From assembly GCF_018350175.1 (NCBI RefSeq), contig NC_058368.1:220908001-220972000 (forward strand): DNA of 64,000 nt. The letters run 5' to 3'. Numbering within the stretch: the first letter of the stretch is position 1; the number at the start of each line of letters is the position of its first letter. A program made the translations under genes and the position numbers. Origin of the DNA: Felis catus (lineage: Eukaryota). Under the pieces are notes generated by a model. The model made no database searches. It was not told the origin of the DNA and saw nothing but the letters and a program-made list of their open reading frames with translations. Shown in pieces: positions 11,700 to 24,919 of the stretch.

Positions 11700-12339
11700 A
11701 AAAAATACACACTAAAACAGACTGATCAACAGTCAAATAATATAAATAATTGATGCTCTCTGTAATGTTTTGTGTAATTATCCTTAGTACACAAAATGGA
11801 AACATTTATGAAATAGTAGAATGGAAACGTTTGTGAAAGATCCGTTCAGGTTCTCGTCCATTGAGTTTTCTATTTTGCAAGTTTCATCCTAGTTCTTAGT
11901 GACACACCCAATAAAGATCAAAATGGAAAGTTGATGTTCATAATCCACCTACTAAACAAGAGCTATGTTCTTAGATGATAACATCTCCCATTCATTCATC
12001 CATTTCATTTTATTATAATTGGTTGAATGGTATCTAAAAATACTTTGAGGATGCTAAAGAAAAGGAACGTATATTAGCATAATTTATTTTTAACGTGAGT
12101 GTTTATATAATAAAACAATGAATAAATATTCATGGAGTTTTAATGTGAATTCATAGTCTATTGCTTTAGCAATCACTGTAGGTCCTGTTTGTATTGCTTC
12201 TAGAATGAAGGTCTGAAGGTCTTTATTGTTCTAAGAGGAAGTGTATTCTCAATCTCTCCAAGAATGTGTTCAATTGTATGGAAATCAGCATAGAACTTTT
12301 AGGAACTTTGAAGCGTTCTCTGCTGTATATCCAGATATC

Positions 12340-13390
12340 ACTGCACATCTGGCCAAATGTGCAAATGGCCAAAATAGAAAACAGTAAGACCACCAAATGC
12401 TGGTGAGGATGTACAGCAACAGAAAGTCTCGTGCATTGCTGGTGGGATTGCAAAATGGTATGGCCGCTTTGCAAGACAGTTTGTGGTTTCTTACAAAATA
12501 AAACATACTCGGGGAGCCTGGGTGGCTCATTCAGTTGAGCGTCTGACTTCGGCCCAGGTCATGATCTTGTGGTCCGTGGGTTCGAGCCCCGCATCGGGCT
12601 CTGTGCTAACAGCTCGGAGCCCAGGTCCTGTTTCAGATTTTGTGTCTCCCTCTCTCTCTGACCCTCCCCTGTTCATGCTCTGTCTCTCTCTGTCTCAAAA
12701 ATAAACATTAAAAAAAATTTTAAATAAAAAAAAAACAGAACAAAATAAAACATACTCTTTCCATAAGATCTGTGCTCCTTGTTATTTACCCAAATGAGTT
12801 AAAAACCTACCTCCACACGAAAACATGCACATGGATATTTACAGCAACTTTATTCATAATTGCCAAAACCTGGAAGTAACCGGATGTCCTTCTATAGGTG
12901 AATGAATAACTAAGCTATGGTACATTCAGACAATGGAATAATATTCAGAACTTCAAACAAACAAACAAAAAAGAGCCATCAGTCACGAAAGGCATGAAGT
13001 TGGAATGTATGTTATTAAGTGAAGGAAGCTGATCTAAAGAAACTACATACTGTATGGCTGCAACTGTATGACATTCTGGAAAAAGCAAAACTATGAAGAT
13101 GCTAAAATTAGTAGTAGTTGCCAGAGTTTTGATAGGACAGAGTGATTAATAGGCCAAGCACAGAGGATTTTTAGGGCAATGAGACTACTCTATATGATAC
13201 TACAATGGCAGATACATGTCATTTTACATTTGTCAAAACCCATAGAATGTGCACCACCAAGAGTGAGCCTTATTGAAACTATAGACTTCGGGTGACAATG
13301 CTGTGTCAGTGGAACTTTCTCTATGCTCAGTTTTGCTGTGAACCTAAAACTGCTCTAAAAATATAAAACCTATTGAAAAATTTAAAAAAA
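12340..13390 (+). mobile_element. L1MC-like 3' end interrupted by a SINE
   Basis: gacattctggaaaaagcaaaactatg, gcacagaggatttttagggcaatgag, catagaatgtgcaccaccaagagtgagcc. Confidence 0.85.
12511..12740 (+). mobile_element. CAN-SINE
   Basis: TSD caaaataaaacatactc 12494-12510 and 12741-12757. Confidence 0.95.
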
Positions 13391-14369
13391 ATGTTTCTAA
13401 AATGAATGCATGTTATGTCTTTATGCTTTCAAAGAGAATCAAAATCTGTGAATCTTAGTTAATGTTTTGGCTGTCCACCCCATGACCGTAAAAGGATATA
13501 CGTCTCTTAATGTCCTTTTCTTTCGAAAGAGAAATGATACACTTTGCGTATTACTTCATAAACCTCACACAGAATGGATAGATCAGAGCCAAAGATACAA
13601 CAGAGACTGAGCTACATTATTTAGTGCTGTAGTGAACTGTGTTAGCGTTGTTTAAGTTTCCTGTCCCACAAGTAAAAAAATATAATTCATCCATTCTTCA
13701 TGATATCAACAGCCAATAATGTAAGTTTGGATAGCACTTGACAGTTGAGAGAGCATGTTCACATAATATTTATTTTGCCACAAGCCACTAAATTAGAGGG
13801 TGCACAGCATAGACCTATTTCTTAGGGGAGAAAATTGAAGCTTAGAAAGAATTTGTATGTCATGTCATACAGCTAAGAATCGTGTACACATCTGGAATTT
13901 CCGTCTCACTATGACACTTTATGGAAACAATCAGGAAAGCTGACGTACGTTCATAGACATTGCCTTAAAGATCACAGAATCCCCACACACTAAAATTAAG
14001 TCGGTAATATTTTATATTACTAAGCATACGATGAGCCGAGTATTCCTACAGGCTCCTGTTGAAACAAAAGTGGGTAAAATTCTATCAAAAATCATTTGAA
14101 AATATCTGTAGAAAAAATTTTTAAGTTCAAAGTCATGAATACAATAACAAGGTATTGTTTGCAGCATTATCACAGCCGAATTCGTGATAGCGAGGAAATG
14201 GAAGACAATCTAAAGGAGAGGAATGATTGATTAGGTGAGCCATAATATCTCTAAAAGATGAGACATTTTGCAGCTTCTTAAAATTGTATTTTGAAAAATT
14301 TGCTGTGACATCAAAATTCAGGTTTGATGTGTTACGAGTAGAAAACTCTAAACTCCCTGTTATAGTGAT

Positions 14370-14610
14370 TATGAAATCAGACCCCGGTTCCAGAGTGCTT
14401 GGGTTCACACTCTGATTTTGGCAGTTGCTACCTATGTGATGCCAAGGAATTTACATATTTCTGTGCCTCAGTTCGCTCAACTGTAAAATGGAGAAATTAG
14501 TAGCACAAACTGATCATGCTGTGGTGAGAATTGAGGAGAAAAGAGATGTAGAGAGCTTAAGAGTGTTTCCAGGACATAGTATGCTTAATGCTTGCATTTT
14601 ATTATTATCA
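14370..14610 (+). mobile_element. MIR
   Basis: ctgtgcctcagttcgctcaactgtaaaatggaga MIR core. Confidence 0.75.
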
Positions 14611-16166
14611 CCCTATGAACTGAGTATATGATTATTATATTTCTTCTCTGTCAGATTTCATTTCCAGAAACTGTACTTTGAAAAACCAGAGGAAATTATC
14701 CCTAAAGTCACTTCCCTCCTTCCCTTTTCTCCCTTGTAATTACCCAAATAAATCTTAAGAGAAGAAAATAAGGAGAGAGAAACAAACTACCTCTTCTGAA
14801 AGTTAATGCTTCTAAGTTTAGAATCAACCGTGAAGGTTTTAAAGGCCCTGAACTTCCAGAACAATGATTGTGTCGGGCAGTGTCCTGAAGTTTTAGATCT
14901 TTGTCTGTCTAGGGTGAGGGGTATTTTGTTGTCTTACTGTCCACGGGGCAAATCACAGACATCTTTGCTCTTAGCCCCTGACTGAACTGCTGTTTTATAT
15001 TTAGTATTCTAATAGACTTTTTTTTTTCTTTTCACTGTTAGACTCCAATTTAGGATTAAACTTTTAATTAGCCCTCCTCCTATTATTTTGGGCAGTTTAT
15101 AGAAAAACATATATACCTATAAGCCATTAAAGTTACTTTCCACCTTCTACTTGTAATACAGTAAACATATAATGTGCTGTGTGTAAAATTGACATAAGGC
15201 GTGTGGGAAGTATGTGAGTTTATTTTTTCCCCAACATTTTTCTACCTTTTGCACTTTTGTAAATTTTTAAGATTTTCGACAGTGCACGTGCCTTACATTT
15301 ATAAGCAAAAAAGGCTATAAAATGAAAGCCTTATAAACTTCTTAGAGGAAAGAATTAGCAATTATCGGCCTTAGCGTTATATTTTCTGATCCTCCTCAGA
15401 GTGGTCATAGCGATATGTTGAATTATATTGCCCCCCAATCACAAAGTGCTTTTCAGTGTTTACAAGCTATATTTAAGTGATGCCCCCAGCGAAATGCAGC
15501 TTCATTTAGGGTGATATTTTACAATAACTCTGTACAGAATGATGCAACAGGAATAGAAACATGAGAATTATACACTTTGCTCATGTACAACTCAAGGTAT
15601 GTAAACACATATGGGCAGAAACGCAAATCTAGCATCAATTGAAGAGTTTTCCCTTAGAGAGCAGTTATTTTCATCTGTACACTCATTCTTCTCTCATACT
15701 TGATATGCAAGCACACACTATTTCCTGAGTGAATATGGATATACATCTGCTTCGAGGGGACATATGTGTGAAGGAGCTAAAGACAGCAGCTATGTGTACT
15801 CATATTTGGCAAGACATCTGGGTGGATTTATTTTACCTAATTTAACTGCAAAATTTATATGTTTCACTTGAATTTGTGAATATTTAAATCAATTGCAGGC
15901 TCTTGATTCTCCCCTGGCTTGGGATTTATTACGTTATGCACTGGTTTTCATAGTTATAATTGAAAATATAGGGGCGAGTCCTTGGGTATTTTTAACTGTA
16001 CATGTTTCATTTGTTTATTAAGACCACGGGCTTTAAAATAAAGCAAGGTTTAAAAAAAAAGAGTGCCACAACATAGCTTCATTATATGACTCTGGAAGGA
16101 ATGAGATTGTGCCTAGTATGAAGGTGAGCATGATACCACGTGCTCACGTGCTCACAAGCACACTCT

Positions 16167-16372
16167 TTAAATTTTGTTTTGATTAATTTTGAGAGAGAGA
16201 GAGAGAGAGAGTGAGCACACAAGCAGGGGAGGGGCAGACACAGAATCTGAAGCGGGCTTCAGGCTCCAAGCTGTCCGCACGGAGGCTGATGCAGGGCTCA
16301 AACTCAAGAACTGTGAGATCATGACCTGAGCCGAAGTCGGACGCTTAACTGACTGAGCCACCCAGCCGCCCC
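16167..16372 (-). mobile_element. CAN-SINE
   Basis: (GA)n...gagatcatgacctgagccgaagtcggacgcttaactgactgagccaccca. Confidence 0.92.
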
Positions 16373-16719
16373 ACCGCTGCACACGCTTAAGTCTTTATGT
16401 TTCAAGTTACTCAAGACAGAACCATGCTGACTACATGCCAGGTAGCGTGGCTGTTGCTGGGGGTACAGGGATGCATGAGATGTTAATGATGTCTAGGAGG
16501 TCATAGCACAGGAGTCAAACAGATAAGTGCAGCCCAATCTGGCAAGTTCTATAATACATATTATAATAATGTCACCAAGGTGAGAGGAGACACTCATAAG
16601 TATAATCAAAAGGCCAAGGAGGGCAGACATATGTCACTAAAAACCTGTCCATGGAAGAGCCACTTTAGTGGTGTGACAAAGACAGTCATTTTATTTTACT
16701 GTATTTTACTTCACTTTTC

Positions 16720-16815
16720 CTTATTCCATTCTCTTCCATTCTATTCCATTCTCTTCCATTCTCTTCCATTCCATTCCATTCCATTCCATTCCATTCCATT
16801 CCGTTCCATTCCATT
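16720..16815. repeat. (TTCCA)n pentanucleotide microsatellite
   Basis: Read directly. Confidence 0.9.
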
Positions 16816-16930
16816 ATGTATGTATATATGTAAATTTACATATGTAAATTCTAATGCTACAGCAGCACATAGGGAGAGATGGCATATACATAATGCCTTC
16901 TGGTGTATGATGTATATATACACCATAATG

Positions 16931-16999
16931 ATGGTGTGGAGCCTGCCTGGGATTCTTTCTCTCTCCTTCTCTCTCTGCCACAGCTTATACCTGCGCGCG

Positions 17000-17037
<38 letters not shown>

Positions 17038-17057
17038 AAATAAATAAACTTAAATAA
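16931..17057 (+). mobile_element. 5'-truncated CAN-SINE
   Basis: gtggagcctgcctgggattct...(CG)n(CT)n...aataaataaactt; no tRNA head. Confidence 0.8.
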
Positions 17058-17749
17058 AGGTACCCCTATTTAACTTGAAACATCTATGAGATTTCTTTTA
17101 ATGTTTTAAGTATTTAAGTTATTCCTAGGGTTGGCATTTTATGAATTAATATTGCACACAATATCTCTAAATATATTTTTCTCTAAGTATATTTTATTTA
17201 TTTTCATTTTGTATTTTAACAAGAAAAAGATCAATTATAAGTAACAGGTGTAGGAATGTTTTTGGGTAAGAACTATTTATTTAGGCTTCTCTCTCCCTAT
17301 TATTCCGTCTGGAGAAAGTTCACAGTTTGTAGCTATTTCTTTCCATCCGAAAATGAGAAGAGGAGAAGGAAGGCCATAATCAGAAAAAGGTGTATTTTCA
17401 GAATGGGAGACCAGATTTCTTAAACTTGACAGAAGTATTAAAACTAAAAGGTTGATAGGCATTATACCATTTAATCTTCACGAAGTTTATTTGAAATAAA
17501 GGCTAAAATACAAATTCAAGGTCATAGAGCGAATAAATAGGAGAGGGAAGAATCCCAGATCTTGCTGGAAACCAAATAGAGTCTGCTAAGCCTTTAAAGA
17601 AGAATAATGAACAATATTTTAGGAAATATAAAGTATTCTCCTTTTCCCTGTCTTGTATACCTCCCCTTAAGAAAGGTATGTAATACTTTGCCTCCTCATG
17701 CTCTGGGCAAAGAAAATCCAGAAATCATGGCCCACAGGGAGGAAATTTT

Positions 17750-18330
17750 ATGATCCCGGTTCCCCAAGACTGCCCTCATTTCAAATATCAGCTGTAAAAT
17801 TGGGAGTCCCAGGATAAACCCTTGCTTTAGATCAGCTGAACATAAATTTGAGAGTCCCCCCGAACCTCCCTCAGCTTTGATAGTTCACTAGAAAGACTCA
17901 CAGAACTCAGTGAAAACCTGATATTTACATTTACACTTTATTACGGTGAAAGGATACGAACTAAATTCAGCCGAGGGAAGAGACGTCCAGGGCAGGACCC
18001 AGAAGGGGTCTGAACTTGGAGCTTCCAGGTGATCCCTCTCTGTGGGGTCATGCAAATTTTTACCTCTTTCTATTCTTGAAGGGTTACAGTATGCAACCAG
18101 AGCCTTTTGGTGTCGATAAAGTTTTAACCGGTTCTGCCTTCTTGGCTGACCTTCACCTTGCAGCCTCTCCCAAAAGTTTGGGCTAGTACCTTTAGACCCT
18201 AAAATCCTCCATCATAAATATACATTGTTAAGACTGTCTGGCAGCCAAAGTTCTGGTAAAACAAACACATTCCTATCTGGCAGGACTTCTATCCAGGATC
18301 TAGAGATCACCTCCCAGCAATCAAGGGCCA
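17750..18330 (-). mobile_element. MER21-like LTR
   Basis: ttcactagaaagactcacagaactcagtgaaaac...tttattacggtgaaaggatac. Confidence 0.7.
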
Positions 18331-18392
18331 TCATGCATCTCTATACTAGGTCCCATGGATTTAACCTAAAAAAGCCCTAATATTTATAATGC

Positions 18393-18438
18393 CTTTTTAA
18401 AAATTAATTAATTACATATTTATTATTTGAGAGAGAGG

Positions 18439-18480
<42 letters not shown>

Positions 18481-18629
18481 CAGCAGGAGAGAGGGTAGAG
18501 AAAGAGAGAGACTCTCATGCAGGCTCCATGATCAGCACCGAGCCCAACCTGGGGCTTGATACCACAACCCTGGGATCATGACCTGAGCTGAAATCAAGAG
18601 TCAGATGGTCAACCAACTGAACGATGCCC
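18393..18629 (-). mobile_element. CAN-SINE (older)
   Basis: (GA)n...gggatcatgacctgagctgaaatcaagagtcagatg. Confidence 0.9.
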
Positions 18630-19681
18630 TACAATTCCTTTTTATAATTAACTTCAATTTTAATTCCTTGAACAAAAAACCCAGTGAACTGTAAACTACA
18701 ACAACAAAAGTATCCTCTAGCAGCACTAGAATTTTCTGGGCATTTTATTCCTCATCTGTGTAAAGTGCTTCTCATCTACAAAATACTAAAGCTCTCACTT
18801 TATCTGTAAGGGTGAGAGTGGGGGCTAGATGGAAAGAGTGGTACAATTTTTAAACCTAGTATTTACCAATTTCTTTTTTTCAGCACAAAGCACAATATAG
18901 CTTCTTGTAATCTACATTGTATTACTGGGTATTTATATTAATTTCTAAAGACCTAAACTGATGTTCTTCTCAGGAAATAGAAGTTGAGTACTTGATGAAT
19001 TTGAGTAATTTCCCCATAATGGTGTATCCAATAAACATGTATTAGCTAAAATAGCCATTCTTAAAATGCAAGATGCAGTCAGAATGTGAAAGCATTGGGT
19101 CTAGGGCTCTGTGGTGAGTTAAACATATGCATGCTTTATGAAAAGCCCACGAGATAGAAAACTCCATCTTAAATTTAAACAGAATTCCATCTAAGGAATA
19201 TGCTTCTCTTTTTTTAATGGATGTAGATACCAGTTTTTAGGCATGACCAAAAACAACATTAACATTTAAACAAAAAAAGGTCTAAATTAGAAGAATTATT
19301 AGAGCACTGTATATGGCAGAGCAGGAAGTAGTTTACTGATTGCCAGCTTCAGGCAACTTAACGTGAAGCATTGTAGCAAACGGGTCTCCTCAGAAGAGTA
19401 GAATTTTACCCCCTACCTCCCGCCCAACACACACCTTAGCAAATAATCCAAATATTTATTTCAAACAAAGATAGCACCTCTCCAAGAAATGAATTCCAGA
19501 AAACTTATTTTTTTCCCATATTATTATCTACCTCCCATTTCTAAATTTGACACATGCTTTGGACATCATTTGCACATCATTTCTTTGAGCACGAATTCCA
19601 GTTACCCATATCCTCATCCCCATCAGTACAGGCTCAACTACTCTATTCCCTGGTTTTGATAGTACTTGGGTTTTCACTTCT

Positions 19682-19919
19682 TCTTTTTCTTTTTTTAATT
19701 ACATTTGAATTTTTTTTTCAATGTTTATTTATTTTTGGGACAGAGAGAGACAGAGCATGAACGGGGGAGGGGCAGAGAGAGGGAGACACAGAATCGGAAA
19801 CAGGCTCCAGGCTCTGAGCCATCAGCCCAGAGCCTGACCCGGGGCTCGAACTCACGGACCGCGAGATCGTGACCTGGCTGAAGTCGGACGCTTAACCGAC
19901 TGTGCCACCCAGGCGCCCC
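19682..19919 (-). mobile_element. Young feline SINE (SINEC_Fc type)
   Basis: TSD gggttttcacttct 19668-19681 and 19920-19933; CpG-rich. Confidence 0.97.
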
Positions 19920-20259
19920 GGGTTTTCACTTCTAGTTCTCTGCTATCTCAGTGTTGTCCATCGAGTCATATCTATTTTATGGAATCAGGTTCTGTGCTCT
20001 GCTTTGAACTCTGAGAGACAGGTGCTGTCTCTTAACTTTTTCCACTGGCTCCAGCATCAATCACAGTGTTTGGTATGGAGTCTGAACACAGTAAGTGACT
20101 GATGAATCCGTGAGTAAGGGAGATAACCAGTACTTTCAAATAAGTTCTTATTAGGGATGCAGATGTGTTTTTCAGATGGAATTCTCTTGTTCTTCAGTCA
20201 GCTGAATGAATGCTGTCAAATTATAATTTGTAAAAATATGATGCCCGCATCCTCCACCA

Positions 20260-20450
20260 GGGGCGCCTGGGTGGCTCAGTCCATTAAGTATTCAACTTCA
20301 GCTCATGAGTTCAGGCTCCACGTCGGGCTCTGTGCTGACAGCTCAGAGCCTGGAACCTGCTTTCGGATTCTGCGTCGCCCTCTCTCTCTTCCCCTCCCCC
20401 ACTTACACTATGTCTCTCTCTCAAAAATAAACATTAAAAAATTGTAAAGA
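20260..20450 (+). mobile_element. CAN-SINE with short internal deletion
   Basis: ggggcgcctgggtggctcagtcc...ctcaaaaataaacattaaaaa. Confidence 0.9.
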
Positions 20451-20708
20451 AAATATGCTTAGGAAGCTGAGGGAATATAGTCAAACTTTTTTTTTCAGAG
20501 AAACTGAAAAGATAGATGATTAATGAGATTCTTAGATTTACTGGTTAATATCAGAAGTCTGAAGCAGGACTGTAATTTTAAGCTTTAGTTTTTGACAAGC
20601 CCCCAAGTTCCTGTGCTGCTGATTGAGGAGGAATTAATGCCCTAGATAACAGATGGCAAAGCTAATGTTTTAGCAACCGAAAGTTTGGAAACATCACTTG
20701 TACTTTAC

Positions 20709-20903
20709 CCAAACAGAAATACACTTCTTGTACACATGGAATAGACTTCCCAAGGGCAAGTGGTTAGGGCCAGCACTCCATCTCAAAATGCTATTTGAGT
20801 CTGTTCAAGTACTCATAAAATTCCAGGTTAAACCCATGAATTTGAGTCCACATATCATGGAAAAAAATAATTTTGGCCTGAGTACTTGTTTGGAACAGGT
20901 TTC
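20709..20903 (-). other. Candidate exon D, 195 nt, phase 1/1, NLFQTSTQAKIIFFHDMWTQIHGFNLEFYEYLNRLK*HFEMECWP*PLALGKSIPCVQEVYFCL
   Basis: Minus strand: ccatttatttcag|GA...TTGG|gtaaag; length divisible by 3; two stops (20791-20793, 20764-20766). Confidence 0.22.
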
Positions 20904-21939
20904 CTGAAATAAATGGATCTCAGTATGATTACCAGAGAACATCTGATTTAAAATATTATTGCGGTATTAGGTGGCCCTGTTGGGATAAATTAGCTGTTAA
21001 ATGTACAGTGTGGTGGTAATGAGTTCTTCACTAGGGCACAGCCATTTAAAAGTTCAATGAATTATCCCAGTTTCAAGTTAGCATTAAACTTTTTCTTTTT
21101 TTCTTCCTTCTCCTCCTTCTCCTTCTTTCCTATCCAAATTTAGCAAAAAGGTCTAAATGCTTCTTAAGTGGGTCCCTCATGATGTGACATCAAATAACAG
21201 AGTTTATTTCATGATCATTTTATTCAGAAATGTATCAGTACAACAACTATGTACTAGTAATATGTGGAAAGGGCTCATGATCAAATGAGAAGAGATATTC
21301 TTGTCCCATGGTACAGATATCCTACTCCTATCACGTATCTACTCATGCCAGCCAGTGAAAAACTCTCCCACCATGCTGGGGCTACACTGTTTAGGCAGTA
21401 CCCTAATAAATCTTTTGGAGAGAAAGCTTAGGTTCTGAGGATATGGCCTAATTAGAATCAGGAGTTTGAACTGCTCTGCATTAGAACAGAAAAAGGTATA
21501 GGGGGTAGGAGAGCAACAGAAGGGAAAATCAACCACTGTACGAGTGCTAGATCTCCAGTTGAAGGATTCGATTGGCATTGTGGGAACAGTCATGTGTAAT
21601 ATAAAATGATAAATTGCTAGTGAGGCAATTGGGGAATTGAAGTAGAAGGACTGAATATTATTTTAGAATAAAGTGGAATAGGGCAACAGCAATAAGGCAA
21701 GTTGGTCCCAGCATTGAATTAATAGATAAGAGTACCAACTTAGAGTGAGGATGAGAAGATTGTGTACTCCCAAACTTGGAGATATGCTGGTGATGGCATT
21801 AGAATTGCTAGAATCTACGAAATATGTAGGGTGTGTATGCATCCTTTTCCCATCTTTTGTCTGCCTGTCATCTATCTATCTATCTATCTATCATCTATCG
21901 CCATAATCTTGTTGGATATCCCTAGCACATAATTGATTG

Positions 21940-22170
21940 AAAATACTTACGGAGTGGATATTGTGTTAGGCATTTTTTCCCAAGCATTTTCTATACATCA
22001 ACTTAGTGTCATAAGACTATGAGACTTGTCTGTTATTATTCTTATCCAACATGTCAGGAGACTAAGGCAAGGGCACTAAAAAACTAGCCCAAAGTCATAT
22101 GATGAGTAAGTTATGGAATAGAGATTTGGATCCAAAGTTGGGGATCATAACTATTCTACTCTGATATGAG
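21940..22170 (-). mobile_element. MIR
   Basis: ggagactaaggcaa...aactagcccaaagtcatatgatgagtaag. Confidence 0.6.
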
Positions 22171-22265
22171 CAGTGTCCTATTGTAGACATCCAAGGCAAA
22201 ATCATGGAGTTCATTATAAAGTAGTCTGCAAACTATTCAGTTGAATTTTATAGACATTTTATTAA

Positions 22266-22487
22266 GTTTTTTTGTTTAACTTTTATTTATTTTGAGAGAG
22301 AGAGAGAGAGAACGAGCAACAAGCAGGGGTGGGGCAGAGAGAGAGAGGGAGAGAGAGAATCCCAGGCAGGACCCACAGTGTCAGCATGGAGCCTGACGTG
22401 GGGCTCCATCCTGTGGAATTGTGAGATCAATACCTGAGCCTAAATCAACAGTCAGACGCTTAACCAACTGAACCACCCAAATGCCTC
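22266..22487 (-). mobile_element. CAN-SINE
   Basis: ttttatttattttgagagag...ccacccaaatgcct; TSD-like tagacatt. Confidence 0.9.
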
Positions 22488-22619
22488 TTACTAGACATTC
22501 TAAAGGGAGTTTATATACGAGATTCCAAATGTTTATTTACATCCTGCAATATCCATTCCTTCAAGGGTCTGTATGATACAGGACAAATAGTATATTACTT
22601 ATCTGTTGGGAGACTGATT

Positions 22620-22850
22620 TCCTGAGAGTCACAGTTTCTTTTGTACAAATCCTAGTTCCACCTCTTATTAGCTTTGTGACATTGAAAACATAACATAAAC
22701 TTCATTATTTCTTAATGTACTTAATGTAATCTGTAAAGCAGGGCCTTTAATGCATACTTCATAGAGTTATTATAAGGATTAAAATAATATATGTCAAACT
22801 TTTAGAGCCATGTCTGCCACCAAGAAAACCATCAAAAACATTACTGATTT
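22620..22850 (+). mobile_element. MIR
   Basis: aaatcctagttccacctcttattagctttgtgac...tcatagagttattataaggattaaa. Confidence 0.65.
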
Positions 22851-23940
22851 TTATACTGAAGTGATTCTAAAATGGTAGGAATGTAAGCAGGAGAGGTGAG
22901 AATAGAAGCGTGGAAATTTTCACCTGTTTATCCTTTCAAATGGTGCAGGAGCAACTAGACTAGTTGCCAAAAGGTTTTTTGTTGGTTAGAACAAATGAAA
23001 AAAAAAATAGTGTTCTGATCCTGAGAAACTTTTAAAATGTATTTTATATTTTTTAATAACATTAAAAGGAAAATAAAGAAAGTTAAGCAACTCTAATAGA
23101 GTTGTCAGGACAAATGGGTATATGAATTTTGAGGCATAGGGTTTGTCAAACATTTAAAAAAATGTATTTACAATTGTAAAATGTCTAATCCAGCCAGATT
23201 TCCTAGGGTAAAAAAGGAAGCCTTATTGTCAAGGTAATAACAACCTAGCTTCACTTACCAAACATTTATATGTGTCTTGCACTGTTTAAGTGATGTAGGT
23301 TAAAATACTGAGGCAGACGTACACATAAGTATGTATACGTACCAAATTTATGAAATAAAATTTAATTTAAACTCAAAAGTCCTGCACAATAGAGTGAATG
23401 TTAGAAAATATGTACCCTAACTAGTAGATTTCTATTCAACAATTGCAAATTAACTTAAGCCTTAGATTATGGATTTGGTTTTGTGATGAATGGCTCTCAA
23501 GTTTTCCTTTCAGAGCATATGAAGTTATTTTTGTTCCATCAACATAACTATTTCAACTGTTTTGTAAAAAAATTAGTCAATCAACTATTTTTCCTTTGTT
23601 CTGTCACAAACATTTCTTAGTTCTTTCCCTTAAGAATTGAATAAGTTGACAAATTGTTTAGGAAAATCGATTAAAGACATCCCCTAAGAATAAGTGTATG
23701 GTAAATCCCATATTCAATTTAGTATAAATTCATTTGCTGGGAATTCTTAATTCTAAACATAGTGCCAGATTTACATATTGCTTTAATGATTTATGACAAA
23801 AGTCTACTTATTAGTGAATTTACAGAAACTTTATGCAAACTTACAGAACTCAAATGCAAAAGCACATAACTATATATTTTTTCTAAGGATGAATTTTGTT
23901 CCTTAAAGAGCAAGAGCCTTTTTGAAGCCTGTGGTTTATT

Positions 23941-23944
<4 letters not shown>

Positions 23945-23976
<32 letters not shown>
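23945..23976. repeat. (TG)n microsatellite
   Basis: Read directly. Confidence 0.95.
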
Positions 23977-23980
<4 letters not shown>

Positions 23981-24402
23981 CTCCGAAAATATTGCCGGGT
24001 TACATGTGGAATGACAAACCCTGTAGGAATGTTTGCGCACCCTGTGATTTCATATTAACTCCTTGCTGTTTTGTTTAACGAGTTAATTTTCCACCATGGT
24101 TTGATGTCTAGAATCCATTGCAGATTTCCCTAGCATATTTCGCATGACACTGTGCCATGTTTATATTTATTATTTTCCCGTTTATTAAAGTTTTTTCTTC
24201 ATCAATTATTTTTTTCCTGGATTTTCTTAATTTTACAAATAGTTGTTTAGGAAAGTTCTGTGATAAAGAATACTGTGTGATGATCTAATGGGTAAGTAAA
24301 CAATTTAGGATTGAGACCTTTAATTCTAGATGATAAGAGCCAAATTGACACAAGACATTCATGCATAGTGACCAAATAGCTATTAAGGAAATAATATTTC
24401 TA

Positions 24403-24467
24403 TTTTTTAAGTTTAGTTATTTATTTTGAGAAACAGAGAGAGCAAGCATGTGAACAGGGAAGGAAGG

Positions 24468-24515
<48 letters not shown>

Positions 24516-24628
24516 CCAAAGCAGGCTCTGCACTGTCAGCAAAGAGACCAACACGGGCTAATGAGATCATGACCTGTGCCAAAATCAAGAGTCAGATAAT
24601 TAATTAACTGAGCCACCCAAGAGTCTCC
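24403..24628 (-). mobile_element. CAN-SINE
   Basis: (GA)n...gagatcatgacctgtgccaaaatcaagagtcag. Confidence 0.9.
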
Positions 24629-24689
24629 ATTTTCACTGTTTAATGGGTGATTCTACTCCAATAAAATTTCCATTTTTTGGTAGGTTACT

Positions 24690-24919
24690 CATTTATTTTT
24701 ATTTTTTTATTTAAAAGTTTTTTAAATGTTTATTTCTAAGCAAGAGAGAGAGACAGACAGAGTGCGAGCTGGGGAGGGGCAGAGAGAGGAGACACAGAAT
24801 ATGAAGCAGGCTCCAGGCTCTGAACTGTCAGCATAGAGCCCGACTCAGGGCTCGAACTCGTGAAATCATGACCTGAGCTGAAGTCGGTCGCTCAACTGAC
24901 TGAGCCACCCAGGCACCCC
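24690..24919 (-). mobile_element. CAN-SINE
   Basis: ends tgagccacccaggcacccc. Confidence 0.92.

Noticed and set aside
16720..16815. (CATTC)n as centromeric satellite
   Set aside because: Under 100 bp; an ordinary pentanucleotide microsatellite.
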